NCBI GenBank assembly: GCA_965243115.1
Contig: CBDEUD010000003.1
Location: forward strand, 2,474,200-2,538,199
Reading direction: 5' to 3'
DNA from: Gammaproteobacteria bacterium
GTDB lineage: Bacteria; Pseudomonadota; Gammaproteobacteria; Eutrophobiales; Eutrophobiaceae
DNA length: 64,000 nt
The notes under the pieces are model-generated. The model worked only from the letters and a program-made list of their open reading frames with translations. It searched no databases and was not told where the DNA came from. Position numbers and translations under genes: made by a program. This document shows positions 31,261 to 41,194 of the stretch, piece after piece. How positions within the stretch are numbered: the first letter of the stretch is position 1; each line of letters starts with the position of its first letter.

Positions 31261-32802
31261 CTAATGTAACGCCATTCTATGCAGTCTGATACCGGCCAGC
31301 CACATAACGGCAAAGTAGGCCAGGGCGCCGGCAAGCGTGCATAATACTACATTAACGGCGCGCTCATACATATCCCATTGGAACCAGAAAATCTGGTCAG
31401 GGACAAAGTAAACCAGACCCGCAGCCATAACCGCCAGCGCCAGAACAATCCTGGCCAGGAAACCGGGCCAGCCCGGGCCCGTATCAAACTCTTTTTCCTT
31501 GCGTAAGATCCGGTACAGCAGCGCCGCATTGATACAGGCTGACAGCGACGTTGCCAGGGCCAGCCCCGCGTGCGCCAGCGGAACAACCAGCAGCAGGTTC
31601 AGAACGATATTGGCCAGCATCGCAATCACTGCGACTTTTACCGGTGTTTTTGTATCCTGTTTGGAAAAAAATCCCGAGGACAGCACTTTTATCAGGATAA
31701 AGGCCGGCAGTCCGACCGCGTAGGCAACCAGGCTGCGACCCGCCATCCGGACATCATATTGAGAGAATTCATTATATTGAAACAGGGTTGTCAACAGGGG
31801 CGACCCCAGCAGGATCAGACCCGCTGCCGCGGGTAGAGAGACGATGAATACCCAGCGCAAGGCCCAGTCCAGGGTTTTGTTGAAGGCGCTGCTGTCACTC
31901 CCGGTATGCTCGGCCGACAGGCTGGGCAAGATCACCGTTGCCAGCGCGATGCCGAATACCCCCAGGGGAAACTCGACCAGCCTGTCGGAGAAATACAGCC
32001 AGGAGATACTGCCGGTCTGCAGGAACGAGGCGATGACGGTATCGACCAGCAGGTTTACCTGGGTAACGGAGGCGGCGAACAGGGTCGGGATCATCAGGGT
32101 AATGATCCTGCCTACCCCCTCCCGGTCCCGGTTGAACCTGGGAAGCGGCAGCAACCTGAGTCTGAACAGGAACGGAAACTGGAACAGCAGTTGCGCCAGG
32201 CCCGCCAGGAACACCCCCCAGGCCAGGGCAACGACCCTTTGTTCTGCCGGGAAATAAGGCGTCAACCACAATGCACAGCCGATCAGCGACAGGTTGAGCA
32301 ATACCGGAGTAAATGCAGGCACCGCAAACTGCCGGTAGGTATTCAGAATCCCTCCGGCCATCGCGGTCAGGGAGATAAACAGGATGTAAGGAAAAGTAAT
32401 GCGCAACATCTGCGCCGCCAGGGCCTGCTTCTCCAGGTCCTGGGCAAAACCGGGAGCGAAGATCCATATCAATACCGGCGCGGCCAGCACGCCCGCGACC
32501 GTGGTCAGGCAAAGGCAGGTGCCCAGGACCGCAGCGGTATGTTCTACCAGTGCATTGACTTCCTCCCGGTCACGGCGTTCCCGGTATTCGGACAGGACCG
32601 GCACGAATGCCTGGGAGAACCCGCCTTCCGCAAAAATACGACGTAAAAAATTCGGGATACGAAAAGCAACGATAAACGCATCGACGCTCGCCCCGGGACC
32701 AAACATGGCGCCGATGATGACATCCCGGAGCAATCCGAGAATCCGGGACAGCGACGTCATGGAGCCGACTACCAGGGTCGATTTCAGCAACCTTTCTTTC
32801 AC
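31261..32802 (-). CDS. murJ: Lipid II flippase MurJ (MviN)
   Basis: 14-TM MOP-family protein. Alignment to the E. coli MurJ N-terminus (LLKS...SMT.FSR.LG..RD) suggests a start near the GTG at 32802 rather than the ORF-track start at 32892. Start is uncertain. Confidence 0.8.
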   Translation of the reverse strand: MKERLLKSTLVVGSMTSLSRILGLLRDVIIGAMFGPGASVDAFIVAFRIPNFLRRIFAEGGFSQAFVPVLSEYRERRDREEVNALVEHTAAVLGTCLCLTTVAGVLAAPVLIWIFAPGFAQDLEKQALAAQMLRITFPYILFISLTAMAGGILNTYRQFAVPAFTPVLLNLSLIGCALWLTPYFPAEQRVVALAWGVFLAGLAQLLFQFPFLFRLRLLPLPRFNRDREGVGRIITLMIPTLFAASVTQVNLLVDTVIASFLQTGSISWLYFSDRLVEFPLGVFGIALATVILPSLSAEHTGSDSSAFNKTLDWALRWVFIVSLPAAAGLILLGSPLLTTLFQYNEFSQYDVRMAGRSLVAYAVGLPAFILIKVLSSGFFSKQDTKTPVKVAVIAMLANIVLNLLLVVPLAHAGLALATSLSACINAALLYRILRKEKEFDTGPGWPGFLARIVLALAVMAAGLVYFVPDQIFWFQWDMYERAVNVVLCTLAGALAYFAVMWLAGIRLHRMALH

Positions 32803-32803
32803 T

Positions 32804-32876
32804 ACACAAAAATTACGAATCAGGAATTTAGAATTACGAATGGGAGTATACAGTTTAATTCCTGATTCCTGATTCG
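32804..32876. repeat. Inverted repeat AAATTACGAATCAGGAAT ... ATTCCTGATTCGTAATTT with internal direct sub-repeats
   Basis: Read directly from the sequence. Lies just upstream of murJ and within the divergent murJ/rpsT promoter region. Confidence 0.7.
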
Positions 32877-32953
32877 TAATTTTGATTGACAAACCGCCGG
32901 TGTGTACGCATAGTATGCCGTCTTTTGAAATAATCGATTGTCAGGAGTTACAT

Positions 32954-33220
32954 TTGGCCAATATTGCATCAGCAAAGAAACGCGCCCGGCAGGCCGCCAG
33001 GCGGCGCCTGCACAATAATTCGCGCCGCTCCATGTTGCGATCTTCCATAAGGAAGGTGCTTGATTTCATAGCGAAGGGCGACAAGACAGGAGCGACCACT
33101 GCCTACCAGGCGGCAGTCCCCATCATCGACAGGATGGCGAACAAAGGCTTGATCCACAAAAACAAGGCGGCCCGGCACAAGAGTCGCCTGAACGCCATGA
33201 TCCGCGCACTCGGTGAGTAA
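32954..33220 (+). CDS. rpsT: 30S ribosomal protein S20
   Basis: TTG start with SD caggag 6 nt upstream. [30 protein letters not shown]...[16 protein letters not shown] is collinear with E. coli S20. The ORF-track start at 32882 is too long. Confidence 0.88.
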   Translation: MANIASAKKRARQAARRRLHNNSRRSMLRSSIRKVLDFIAKGDKTGATTAYQAAVPIIDRMANKGLIHKNKAARHKSRLNAMIRALGE

Positions 33221-34351
33221 TCAGGAATCAAGAACTACCATGTTGTCCCGGTGGATCAGTTCCGCCTCATCGACGTAACCCAGCAACTGCTCAATCATAT
33301 CGCTCGGCTTTCCCATGATTTTACGGGCCTCGTCGGCGCTGTAGTTGACCAGGCCCCGGGCAACCTCCCTGCCGTCCAGGGCAACGCAACTGACGATCTC
33401 ACCCCGGCTGAACTCGCCGTGCACGGCTACCACCCCGACGGCCAGCAGACTCTTGCCGTGCCCGGCCAGTACGCTGCAGGCGCCGTCATCCAGCACCAGG
33501 CTGCCGTCCGGACGTTTGTGCCCCGCCAGCCATTGCTTGCGCGCGGCCAAACGCGAACGCGGCACGCTGAGCAGGGTTCCAACCTGTTCATTCTGCGCAA
33601 TTTTCAACAACACATCCGCCTCAAAACCCGAGCAGATGACGGTGTCGGTCCCGGATTTTGCGGCAGTCTCGGCGGCCTTGAGTTTGGTCAGCATGCCGCC
33701 GCGTCCCAACGCGCCCCCGGGACCGGCATAATCCAGCAAGGCCGGGTCACCGGCACGGCCCGTGCTGATCAATCTGGCATCGGGGGCCTGACGCGGGTCG
33801 CGGTCATATAATCCATCCTGGTCGGTCAGGATGACCAGCCGGTTCGCTTCCGCCAGGTTCGCCACCAGACCTGCCAGCGAGTCGTTATCTCCGAAGCGTA
33901 TCTCGTCGGTAGCTACGCTGTCATTCTCGTTGATTATGGGCACGACATCCAATGCCAGCAGGGTGCGCAAGGTGGACCGGGCATTCAGGTAACGCCTCCG
34001 GTCAGCTATATCATCATGTGTCAGGAGTATCTGGGCAGTGCGGATTTCATACTCATTGAATGCCGATTCATAGGCCTGTACCAGCCCCATCTGGCCAACG
34101 GCTGCCGCAGCCTGCTGCTCATGCAGGCTGACGGGCAGCATGCCCCACCCCAACCGCGCCCTGCCCTCCGCAATCGCGCCGGACGAGACAACGATAAACC
34201 GATACCCGCGGCTGCGTAATTCGGCCATCTGACCCACCCAGGCGGCGATGGCTTGCGTACGCAATCCGCAACCGTTGTCGGTCAGCAGGGCGCTGCCTGT
34301 CTTGACGACCCAGCACTGCTCCCGGTCATGTTTGGACTCTGTTTCGGACAT
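33221..34351 (-). CDS. proB: Glutamate 5-kinase
   Basis: Amino-acid kinase domain plus a C-terminal PUA domain. [12 protein letters not shown]-terminus. Confidence 0.9.
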   Translation of the reverse strand: MSETESKHDREQCWVVKTGSALLTDNGCGLRTQAIAAWVGQMAELRSRGYRFIVVSSGAIAEGRARLGWGMLPVSLHEQQAAAAVGQMGLVQAYESAFNEYEIRTAQILLTHDDIADRRRYLNARSTLRTLLALDVVPIINENDSVATDEIRFGDNDSLAGLVANLAEANRLVILTDQDGLYDRDPRQAPDARLISTGRAGDPALLDYAGPGGALGRGGMLTKLKAAETAAKSGTDTVICSGFEADVLLKIAQNEQVGTLLSVPRSRLAARKQWLAGHKRPDGSLVLDDGACSVLAGHGKSLLAVGVVAVHGEFSRGEIVSCVALDGREVARGLVNYSADEARKIMGKPSDMIEQLLGYVDEAELIHRDNMVVLDS

Positions 34352-34354
34352 GGA

Positions 34355-35380
<1,026 letters not shown>

Positions 35381-35423
35381 TCATTAATTAGGCCGGAAAG
35401 GGCCCGGGGAAGGTTATGCGGGG

Positions 35424-35684
35424 CTAGTCTGCAGCCCGGACGCTGACAAAAGTCCTGTTTCTTGGCCCCTTTTGTTCAAACACAACCGTGCCGTCAGCCG
35501 TTGCAAACAAGGTATGGTCTCTGCCGCAACCTACATTGACGCCGGGATGGAAGCGTGTGCCCCGTTGTCTGACGATAATATTTCCTGCCTTGACCGTTTC
35601 ACTGCCATAACGTTTGATTCCCAGGCGCTTCGATTGTGAATCCCGGCCGTTGCGTGTGCTGCCACCTGCTTTTTTATGCGCCAT
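35424..35684 (-). CDS. rpmA: 50S ribosomal protein L27
   Basis: [25 protein letters not shown]... Confidence 0.93.
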   Translation of the reverse strand: MAHKKAGGSTRNGRDSQSKRLGIKRYGSETVKAGNIIVRQRGTRFHPGVNVGCGRDHTLFATADGTVVFEQKGPRNRTFVSVRAAD

Positions 35685-35701
35685 AATCCTGCTCCCGGTA
35701 A

Positions 35702-36016
35702 CTATTGCGTATTAATGCCGGTAATCTCCAGTTCGGTGTAGTCCTGGCGATGACCCATCTGCTTGCGGTGATGTTTGCGGCGTCTGAACTTGACCACCTT
35801 GATCTTGGCGCCCCGGCCATGGGATTTCACGGTTGCCGCGACTGCAGCGCCGTCCACCACGGGAGTGCCGAACGAAATATCATCGCCATCCGCAACCATC
35901 AGGACGTCATCCAGACTGATTTCACCGCCTTCCCCGGTATTGATTTTCTCAACCCGGATGGTATCGCCTTCCCGTACCTTGTACTGCTTGCCCCCGGATT
36001 TTATGACCGCATACAT
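35702..36016 (-). CDS. rplU: 50S ribosomal protein L21
   Basis: [25 protein letters not shown]... Confidence 0.93.
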   Translation of the reverse strand: MYAVIKSGGKQYKVREGDTIRVEKINTGEGGEISLDDVLMVADGDDISFGTPVVDGAAVAATVKSHGRGAKIKVVKFRRRKHHRKQMGHRQDYTELEITGINTQ

Positions 36017-36205
36017 AACAGTTTCACCTATCAGAGTAAAATTCGATCCGGTACAGATACCCGATCACATCAAACATGGAATTATATATAACAAATCAAA
36101 CTCAGACAAGTACCGTACTCAATCAGGGAGCCGGCACCCGGACACGCGCGCAAACCCCGCATCATGGTATTATCATTCCATGTTGCCGAAGAATATTGGA
36201 CGGTT

Positions 36206-37198
36206 ATGAGTGCAGTGCCGCAAAGCGACTCCGGCCTTGAGGCAATCCAGGAACTGATCAGGGACGACATGTCCCTGGTAAACGCGCTGATTGAGGAAAA
36301 ACTGCATTCCGAAATCGGACTTATAGACCAGTTAAGCCATTACATCGTCAACAGCGGAGGTAAAAGACTGCGGCCGGCACTGGTGCTGCTGAGCGCCAAC
36401 AGTTTTGGCTACAGTGGGAGCCTGCACGTCAAACTTGCCGCCGTCATAGAATTTATCCATACCGCTACCCTGCTGCACGACGACGTGGTCGATGCCTCCA
36501 TGCTGCGGCGGGGTCAAGCCACCGCCAACCAGCGCTGGGGCAATGAAGCCAGCGTCCTGGTCGGTGATTTTCTCTATTCCCGCGCCTTCCAGATGATGGT
36601 GGAAGCAGGTTCGATGCACGTCATGAAAATCATGGCTGACGCAACCAATACCATAGCCGAAGGTGAGGTACAACAACTCATCAACCGGCATGACCCGGAT
36701 ACAACAGAGCAACGTTATCTGCAGGTCATACACAATAAAACGGCAAAATTGTTCGAGGCCGCCGCCCGCGTCGGCGCCGTTATCGCCGGGCAGGAAGAAA
36801 AAACGGAACTGGCCATGTCCGACTACGGCAGGCACCTGGGCATTGCCTACCAACTCATTGACGATGCCCTTGACTACAGCGCCTCCAGCGAGAACCTGGG
36901 CAAAAATATCGGTGACGACCTGGCCGAAGGCAAACCCACCCTGCCCCTGCTGTATGCCCTCTGGCATTGCCCCGATGAGCAGGCAATCCTGATCAGGCGC
37001 GCCGTAAAACAGGGCAGCCTGGAGGATATGGAGCAAATCAGCGCAGCCATTGCGGCAACCGGAGCGATCCAGTATACACGCGAACGCGCCCGCCAGGAGG
37101 CCGCTCTCGCCATGCGTGCCCTCGAACGCCTGCCCCGGTCAAGATACCTGGACGCCCTGTACACGCTGGCCCATTTTGCTACCGAGCGGAATTACTGA
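36206..37198 (+). CDS. ispB: Octaprenyl diphosphate synthase (polyprenyl synthetase)
   Basis: Two DDxxD motifs (LLHDDVVD, LIDDALD). Divergent from rplU as in E. coli. ATG at 36206 is the probable start. Confidence 0.88.
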   Translation: MSAVPQSDSGLEAIQELIRDDMSLVNALIEEKLHSEIGLIDQLSHYIVNSGGKRLRPALVLLSANSFGYSGSLHVKLAAVIEFIHTATLLHDDVVDASMLRRGQATANQRWGNEASVLVGDFLYSRAFQMMVEAGSMHVMKIMADATNTIAEGEVQQLINRHDPDTTEQRYLQVIHNKTAKLFEAAARVGAVIAGQEEKTELAMSDYGRHLGIAYQLIDDALDYSASSENLGKNIGDDLAEGKPTLPLLYALWHCPDEQAILIRRAVKQGSLEDMEQISAAIAATGAIQYTRERARQEAALAMRALERLPRSRYLDALYTLAHFATERNY

Positions 37199-37333
37199 AT
37201 AGAAAGCTATTGAAGCAGAACCTGCCCCGGCATCCCACCAGGTTGTAGACGCAAGGTCTGTTGTAAGGTAGAGTTCGCATTGGCAAACGGCAGGTGGGTA
37301 TTTGCAGCATGCCGGTTGCCATTATTTTCGTAT

Positions 37334-37410
37334 CGGGGTGTAGCTCAGCCTGGTAGAGCACTGCCTTCGGGAGGCAGGGGCCGGAGGTTCAAATCCTCTC
37401 ACCCCGACCA
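37334..37410 (+). tRNA. tRNA-Pro (anticodon CGG)
   Basis: Cloverleaf folded by hand: 7-bp acceptor CGGGGUG/CACCCCG, D-arm GCUC/GAGC, anticodon stem CUGCC/GGCAG with loop UUCGGGA, T-arm GGAGG-UUCAAAU-CCUCU, discriminator A and encoded CCA. Strong similarity to E. coli tRNA-Pro. Confidence 0.85.
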
Positions 37411-37480
37411 ACAACTTCATAAGCCAGAGGCCTCCGAAGAAGCCTCATCGAAACTACGACAGGCTTGGCGTCACCATCAG

Positions 37481-38020
37481 CTATGACGAATCGGCCACGA
37501 GCTGCTGTTCAACGACAGTCATCCGCTCACGAATAGCCGCCTGGCCCTCCTGCAGACCGTTAAACTGCTGCGTCAGGTCGCTGCGGACTTCGTTGGTCTG
37601 CTGCGTCAGGTCGCTGCGGACTTCGTTGATCTGCTGTGTCAGGTCGCTGCGGACTTCGTTGATCTGCTGTGTCAGGTCGCTGCGGACTTCGTTGATCTGC
37701 TGTGTCAGGTCGCTACGGACTTCGTTGATCTGCTGTGTCAGGTCGCTGCGGACCTGGTTGATCTGCTTTATCAGGTCGCTGCGGAGTTCACGGATCTCAC
37801 CACGGATTTCGCGCATCTCACCACGAACTTCGCTGAGCTGTTGAGTCAGGTCGCTACGGACCCCGCTGATTTGCTGGGAAAGGAAAGTGAGGTAAGCAAA
37901 CATCATGGTAACCACGATGGCCGCGCCCCACTTCAGTACGCGCACTTCCCCGGACAGACGCCCCAACTCACGTGCGCCCTCGAGGTCCTGCACTGTCATA
38001 ACCGTGTTTTCCGTATTCAT
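37481..38020 (-). CDS. Membrane-anchored protein with about 10 tandem 11-aa repeats (SDLTQQINEVR; 33-bp minisatellite), paralog A1
   Basis: The N-terminus MNTENTVMTVQDLEGARELGRLSGEVRVLKWGAAIVVTMMFAYLTFLSQQ is identical to the paralog at 39309-39773. One TM helix, then 11-residue repeats, and a conserved C-terminus ...QFNGLQEGQAAIRERMTVVEQ. The ORF track extends it to 38086. Confidence 0.65.
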   Translation of the reverse strand: MNTENTVMTVQDLEGARELGRLSGEVRVLKWGAAIVVTMMFAYLTFLSQQISGVRSDLTQQLSEVRGEMREIRGEIRELRSDLIKQINQVRSDLTQQINEVRSDLTQQINEVRSDLTQQINEVRSDLTQQINEVRSDLTQQTNEVRSDLTQQFNGLQEGQAAIRERMTVVEQQLVADSS

Positions 38021-38143
38021 AATACTTCTCCTTCTGACGTTTCCATCACAGGTCGTATGGCCAGGACAGGGTATGATGCCCGACAACGCCTGTCAAGGGG
38101 CCCTGAGGGGTCAGACCAGTTCAGATCGCCACGAATTTAGAGG

Positions 38144-39256
38144 TCAGGACCACATCTCACCAGCTTTCTTGCGGGAATCAAGCTCATCCAAAGCCAGTTC
38201 GGCGCGCATGGCCTCGGTTGCCGTCGCCTTGGCATCCTCCAGCGGGATGCCCGTCGCATCGGCAACGCGCGGGTAGCAGTTAAATGCTGCAATGACCGCC
38301 GCGGCATCAACCATCGCCGCCTCACCCATTGCTCTTATGATTTGTTGCCGGACTGTTGCCGTGCGCGCTGCATCATCTGCGCAGACAGCCTCGACAAAGT
38401 CATTGAGAAGCTCTCCCCGGGGCAGACCGCTATCACCCGAGCCTTTACCGATTGCATCCTCAAGCGCGTACTTGTCGCCGGTATGTTTGCCGCTCAAACT
38501 GAGCCGCATTGCATGGCTGGCAGTTCAATAAAAACAGTCGAGATAGGCCGAGGTGCGAGTCGCAATGAATTCCATCTGCGCCCGTGAGATTGCTCGCTCG
38601 ACGCCCTCGAGTTCAACTCTTAACGGATTACCCAGGTAAAGCTGGTTCAACAGCGGCCAAAACCGGTTTGCTTCGTCGGGTACCAGGGTCAGCGCGCGTC
38701 GAATATAGGCGGCGGGGCCTGTCTCATAAAAATCACCGAGTTCGTGGCCGGCATCTTCCGGAGCAACCGTCGGCGCCCATCCCGGCCCTGTCTTGGCACC
38801 GGCCGGCCGCCTGCGCGGCGGTATGCCTTGCTCTCCTGTTGCGGACAACGCCAAAGGCGGGAGCCCGATACCGCGCATGAAGGTGTCCGCACCAGTGACA
38901 ATGGTAACGAGGCTCAGCAGCTCGATGAATTCGTCTTCAGCGATACCGGCAGCGATGGTTGAATCGTACCAGCTCTCAGTGATGCGGCCGGAGTCGGTAA
39001 CTATCCGGTGCACCGCCTCGACCCAGGCATCGGGGAGCGCGCCGAGGTGCTCATGATCACCCTGTACGGTATAGGGCGACAAGGCTTCCTTGCGCCGTTT
39101 GCAGAGTTCGCATTGCCATGCGTTGCGGGCTTCGTTTGCAATTGCAAGACGTTGTTCGCCGCTCAGCCAGGCGCCGGTCTGAGCCACTTCCGACCAGGCC
39201 TGGGTCAAGGCCGATTTGAGATTATCCCGTACGGTGAGTGGTGATGTATCTATCAT
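38144..39256 (-). CDS. Candidate selenoprotein of the AhpD/carboxymuconolactone-decarboxylase (CMD) family; in-frame TGA at 38525-38527 read as Sec (two ORF-track ORFs joined)
   Basis: ORFs 38525-39256 and 38144-38509 are in the same frame, separated only by one TGA. Readthrough gives ...AYLDCFY-U-TASHAM..., a C-x-x-U-x-x-x-H motif matching the AhpD C-x-x-C-x-x-x-H active site. A hairpin lies 16 nt downstream of the UGA. Confidence 0.6.
38488..38508 (-). ncRNA. SECIS-like hairpin (mRNA: UGCGGCUCA-GUU-UGAGCGGCA)
   Basis: 9-bp stem with one G.G mismatch and an apical loop containing GU. Starts 17 nt after the in-frame UGA, within the typical bacterial SECIS distance window. Confidence 0.45.
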
Positions 39257-39308
39257 ATCAGTATCCCTGTTCTGTAACAGGCAACACTTGCTCTCCTCCC
39301 TTTGTCAG

Positions 39309-39773
39309 CTATGACGAATCGGCCACGAGCCGTTGTTCAACGACAGTCATCCGCTCACGAATAGCCGCCTGGCCCTCCTGCAGACCGTTAAATTGGTGCG
39401 TCAGGTCGCTACGGACTTCGTTGGTCTGTTGCGTCAGGTCGCTACGGACTTCGTTGATCTGCTGTGTCAGGTCGCTACGGACTTGGTCAATTCGCTGTGT
39501 CAGGTCGCTATGGACTTGGTCGATTCGCTGTGTCAGGTCGCTATGGACTTGGTCGATTCGCTGTGTCAGGTCGCTATGGACTTGGTCGATCTGCTGTGTC
39601 AGGTCGCTACGGACCCCGCTGATTTGCTGGGAAAGGAAAGTGAGGTACGCAAACATCATGGTAACCACGATGGCCGCGCCCCACTTGAGTACGCGCACTT
39701 CCCCGGACAGACGCCCCAACTCACGTGCGCCTTCGAGGTCCTGCACTGTCATAACCGTGTTTTCCGTATTCAC
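39309..39773 (-). CDS. Membrane-anchored protein with about 8 tandem 11-aa repeats (SDLTQ[QR]IDQV[HR]), paralog A2
   Basis: Same N- and C-termini as A1, with a different repeat number and sequence. Its upstream about 80 bp is near-identical to the A1 upstream region. Confidence 0.65.
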   Translation of the reverse strand: MNTENTVMTVQDLEGARELGRLSGEVRVLKWGAAIVVTMMFAYLTFLSQQISGVRSDLTQQIDQVHSDLTQRIDQVHSDLTQRIDQVHSDLTQRIDQVRSDLTQQINEVRSDLTQQTNEVRSDLTHQFNGLQEGQAAIRERMTVVEQRLVADSS

Positions 39774-40041
39774 AAATATTCTCCTTCTGACGTTTCCATC
39801 ACAGGTCGTATGGCAAGGTCAGGGTATGATGCCTGACAATGCCTGTCAAGAATAATTGCCGCCCCCGCCAATAGGGTACCGGGTATTGTTGACGGAGGCC
39901 GGCGCAACCACTGACAGGAGTTGCTACTGGAGACAAATAATTGATAAAAATCATAATGATATAATAAATATTCAACATGTCTTCTAGATATATGATAAAA
40001 TCGGTGGTCGTTGATACTCAGCCATTGACAACCCCCATTCC

Positions 40042-41097
40042 ATGAATATCGCCGAAGCACTCCCGCCGTTTCCGGAAGGGTGGTATTTCATCGCCGACCG
40101 AAAAACCGTTCTCAAGAAAAAACTCACCCGGAAAACCTGGATGGGTGAGGAGATCATCGCCTGGTGTGACGCGGAAGGCCGGATCTGCGTGGCCGATGCG
40201 GTATGCCCGCACATGGGTTCCAGCCTGGGTCCGGAGGTGGGGGCCCGGGTACGCGACGGTTGCCTGGTTTGCCCCTTTCACGGATTTGAGTACGATGCAA
40301 GCGGCCAGTGCGTTGCCACCCCGAATGCCCCCGCGCCCAAATCAGCCAGGTTGAAAACGTACGAAACAAGAGAAATACTCGGTCTGGTGTTTGCCTGGTG
40401 GGGGAGCGGCGGACGGCTGCCGCAATGGCAGCTGCCGGAACAGCCGCACACCGGCCCGGACTGGAGCGATCTGGCGCTGGGCTTCTTCAGCTTCCCCGGG
40501 CATCCCCAGGAAACTTCTGAAAACTCCGTGGATCTGGCGCACCTGCGTTATATACACGGCTACGACAACGTACACCCGGTCGGCGATGTGTCGGTTAACG
40601 GCGCCCACCTTGTGTCCCGTTTCGACTTCAGGCGCAACCGGAAATTTGCCGGGTTGATTGACAACATCTACGATGTATCAGCCGTTACACATCTTTACGG
40701 CGTAGGCTACTCCTATGTTGAAATTCACGAGAAAACCATCGGTATGGATGCCAGATTATGGGTACTCTCAACACCCATAGACGGTACACATATTGAACTT
40801 GTGCTGGTGAGCCAGGTCAGGGAACTGCGCAAACCGAAACGGCCCATCGTGGGTTTGCGCTTTATCCCGGTGCATCTGCGCCACAGGTTACTGAACCGCA
40901 TTATACTGCGGGCGCAGATACAGGATGTCCGGCAGGACGTGATTATCTGGGGGAAAAAACAATATCGGCCACGCCCCCGCCTGAGTCAGGCGGATGGCGA
41001 GGTAATGACATACCGGCACTATTGCCGCCAGTTCTATCCGGAAACTTATCCGGAGACGGGCCGTGATGAGTTCCAGCTGAGTTCCGTTTCAGGTTAG
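40042..41097 (+). CDS. Rieske [2Fe-2S] non-heme-iron oxygenase (KshA/Neverland/SdmA-like)
   Basis: Rieske motif CPHMG...(17)...CPFHG and mononuclear-iron motif DLAHLRYIH (DxxHxxxxH). AT-rich promoter-like region upstream (39900-40020). Confidence 0.8.
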   Translation: MNIAEALPPFPEGWYFIADRKTVLKKKLTRKTWMGEEIIAWCDAEGRICVADAVCPHMGSSLGPEVGARVRDGCLVCPFHGFEYDASGQCVATPNAPAPKSARLKTYETREILGLVFAWWGSGGRLPQWQLPEQPHTGPDWSDLALGFFSFPGHPQETSENSVDLAHLRYIHGYDNVHPVGDVSVNGAHLVSRFDFRRNRKFAGLIDNIYDVSAVTHLYGVGYSYVEIHEKTIGMDARLWVLSTPIDGTHIELVLVSQVRELRKPKRPIVGLRFIPVHLRHRLLNRIILRAQIQDVRQDVIIWGKKQYRPRPRLSQADGEVMTYRHYCRQFYPETYPETGRDEFQLSSVSG

Positions 41098-41194
41098 TCC
41101 GCGCAACGCATACGTTATATTACATTAACACGAGTTTTTTGGGACAGTATTGGAGTCTCATATATATCTGAACCCCTGCATGGGAGAATACGGC

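Noticed and set aside
37411-37480. Looked for integrase, transposase and att repeat downstream of tRNA-Pro to define a mobile island
   Set aside because: No integrase- or transposase-like ORF and no duplicated tRNA 3' segment were found within the window. The region is reported as an accessory block only, not as a mobile element.
37572-37860. Possible CRISPR array, because of regularly spaced 33-bp repeats (also at 39395-39625)
   Set aside because: The units are directly adjacent tandem repeats with no unique spacers, are in-frame within ORFs encoding 11-aa protein repeats, and have no cas genes nearby. They are a coding minisatellite, not CRISPR.
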